Shown here one piece after another: positions 61,500-63,019 of a stretch of DNA of 63,019 bases. The notes beneath the pieces are model-generated. The model did no database searches and was not told where the DNA came from. It worked only from the letters and a program-made list of their open reading frames with translations. The stretch is from positions 1 through 63,019 of IMG/VR virus record IMGVR_UViG_3300012855_000002. One strand, written 5' to 3'. The position numbers were made by a program, and so were the translations under genes. Source of the stretch: a virus (taxonomy: Duplodnaviria; Caudoviricetes). Each line of letters opens with the position of its first letter. Positions within the stretch are counted from its first letter, which is position 1.

Positions 61500-61768
61500 A
61501 TCGACGCGACCCCATCCAAGGGTGATGCGCCGTTCCTCTGCCCGGCGCCATCCTGACCGTCAATCGGTGCGTGTGGCAAGTCATCGAAGGCGGCGTCCAG
61601 TTCGCGGATGTCCCAGAGGCGACGGGCATTGATGCAGCGCGGCGCCGGCATCCGCTCGTCTGCAACCATCTTGTCGAACGTGCCGGGCGACACGCCGATA
61701 TAGGCCGCCGCCTGGGCCCGGTTTAGCCCGCGCGGGACAATATCGATTTTGCGCGCGGCGGCCGTCAT
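61496..61768 (-). CDS. xis: Excisionase (AlpA-like HTH)
   Basis: PRGL.R..AA.YIGVS...FD.MV...MP.P.....R.LWD...LD.AFD; ATGA overlap with int. Confidence 0.82.
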   Translation of the reverse strand: MTAAARKIDIVPRGLNRAQAAAYIGVSPGTFDKMVADERMPAPRCINARRLWDIRELDAAFDDLPHAPIDGQDGAGQRNGASPLDGVASI

Positions 61769-61769
61769 A

Positions 61770-62267
61770 CTACTTCCCCATGCTGCGGGCTGCGGGGCGA
61801 TGCGCATGCTTTAGAAAACGCTGGGCAATGGCGCGCACGGCGTCGCGGTCTTCGTCTTTGCACTCGAACAGCCGGTCGATGTTGTAGGCTACCTCGCTCA
61901 GGTCGCCGGACATTTCGCTATTCGCCCAATGATCGATCTCTTCCGAGATGCCATGGTCTGTCAGCCAGTAATCGAGTGTTCTGCCGCAGGTGTCGCAGGC
62001 CTCTGTAATGTCGGACTCGCCCGCGCACCCGGGGGCGTAGCAGGATATCCCCTCGAAGAAAGCGTCTTCCCACGCGCCTCGGTTGAACCAATCAGAGTCG
62101 TCCAGCGGACGTCCAAGATCAAACTCCTTCCCGCGCGCTTGGATTGCACACTCACGGCAGTAGCTCGCAGACTCTTCGCTTTTGAGCCAGTGTTGTGGTG
62201 TCGGATCGAGATAAGGCGTGGCACCATAAACAGCCGCTCGAAGATCAAACCAGCTCTTCATCGTCAT
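61770..62267 (-). CDS. Hypothetical Cys-containing protein
   Basis: YCREC...CDTCG; coupled upstream. Confidence 0.6.
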   Translation of the reverse strand: MTMKSWFDLRAAVYGATPYLDPTPQHWLKSEESASYCRECAIQARGKEFDLGRPLDDSDWFNRGAWEDAFFEGISCYAPGCAGESDITEACDTCGRTLDYWLTDHGISEEIDHWANSEMSGDLSEVAYNIDRLFECKDEDRDAVRAIAQRFLKHAHRPAARSMGK

Positions 62268-62545
62268 CTCGTCTTCCCCATGATCTTACGGGCTGCAGCG
62301 AGGAGGGCGTCTCGGCGCTCGCGAAGAAAGCCCGCCTGGGTCAGAAGGGCCGACAGCGTGCCTCCATAAAACCACCTGATCGGGTATATGCCGTCAGCCG
62401 CCTTTTGCGTTTCCACAAGGTCGCGATTGCACGCCCTAGCCTCAGCTACACAGATACCAGCAGCCCTGCGGCGTTCTGCTTGGCGAGCTGCTTCCACCCG
62501 TGCATCACGGGCGGCGCGTATGAGCTTTTCTCCGGCTTGGGTCAT
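62264..62545 (-). CDS. Hypothetical protein
   Basis: ATGA overlaps both sides. Confidence 0.55.
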   Translation of the reverse strand: MTQAGEKLIRAARDARVEAARQAERRRAAGICVAEARACNRDLVETQKAADGIYPIRWFYGGTLSALLTQAGFLRERRDALLAAARKIMGKTR

Positions 62546-63019
62546 GGCTCGATCCTGTAGGGTTTGAGGGCTTGGCGGAGACGCTTTTCAGCCGCTAGCA
62601 CGAGATGCTGGTTCGCACCCGTCCGGCAGGCCTCCGCATCGTCGATCTGCTCAATAAGCTCCTCAGCAGCCTCTATAAGGCGCTGTAGGTGGGGGTCCGA
62701 AGGTTTGTGGTGTATTGCTTGCGCTTGCGGCGTATCAGGGCCGGGGATGGGCCCATGGTAGACGCTTCCGCTCTTGGGTTGGCTCCGGCCTTCGGCCTCT
62801 CGCTGCGTGTCCGCGCCCTTCGGGCTGTGGGCCGCTAGGGCGTGATCGCAGTTCATCTTGATGACCCGCAAAACCGACTTTGGTTCCTGCTCCCCTCGCA
62901 GGGCGCTTTCAGATTGGGCCCGGATATATTTCAGCTTGCCCAGCGCGTTCATCACCTCGCCGAATGCGCAGGCCGGAGCGCAGCAGGTCCCGGATGAATC
63001 CAGTTCACCACAGCAGGGA
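62542..63019 (-). CDS. Hypothetical protein spanning the contig junction (true start at 167; ~173 aa)
   Basis: ATG at 167-165 reads MTYDQDIAVRFKQQFPCCGELDSSGTCCAPACAFGEV into MNALGKLKY of the end ORF. Confidence 0.7.
   Translation of the reverse strand, partial: PCCGELDSSGTCCAPACAFGEVMNALGKLKYIRAQSESALRGEQEPKSVLRVIKMNCDHALAAHSPKGADTQREAEGRSQPKSGSVYHGPIPGPDTPQAQAIHHKPSDPHLQRLIEAAEELIEQIDDAEACRTGANQHLVLAAEKRLRQALKPYRIEP
62897..63019. repeat. Terminal direct repeat (copy of 1..123)
   Basis: Exact match to the window start. Confidence 0.95.

Overview
The window is an essentially complete, circularly assembled genome (~62.9 kb; the first 123 bp repeat at the end and one gene reads through the junction) of a high-GC temperate siphovirus. 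GcrA and a Caulobacter-type XRE regulator point to an alphaproteobacterial host. Its organisation is lambdoid. A leftward early operon (RecE-like nuclease, Sak4-like AAA ATPase, ExoX, XRE regulator, many small ORFs, xis, int) diverges at a cI/cro switch with five 15-bp GTGCCA-N3-TGGCAC-like operators. A rightward operon encodes GP88, two adenine methyltransferases, GcrA, a DUF1376 initiator and a split Zn-finger plus TOPRIM primase-helicase. Packaging, head, tail and lysis genes follow, then a candidate attP whose core looks like a tRNA-Phe 3' end. The main candidate for an undescribed system is a translationally coupled ATP-grasp ligase / NAD-dependent epimerase / glycosyltransferase cassette between the major capsid gene and the neck genes, suggesting enzymatic decoration of the virion. 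Other oddities: a holin-like domain fused to the SLT endolysin, a frameshifted Rgt/ArnT-like glycosyltransferase whose reading frame starts in the attP core, a 74-aa protein ending in an SSB-like DDEIPF tail, a GANTC-rich structured leader before the late genes, and two divergent genes sharing one CATG. All functional calls are from motif recognition by eye; no database searches were run.
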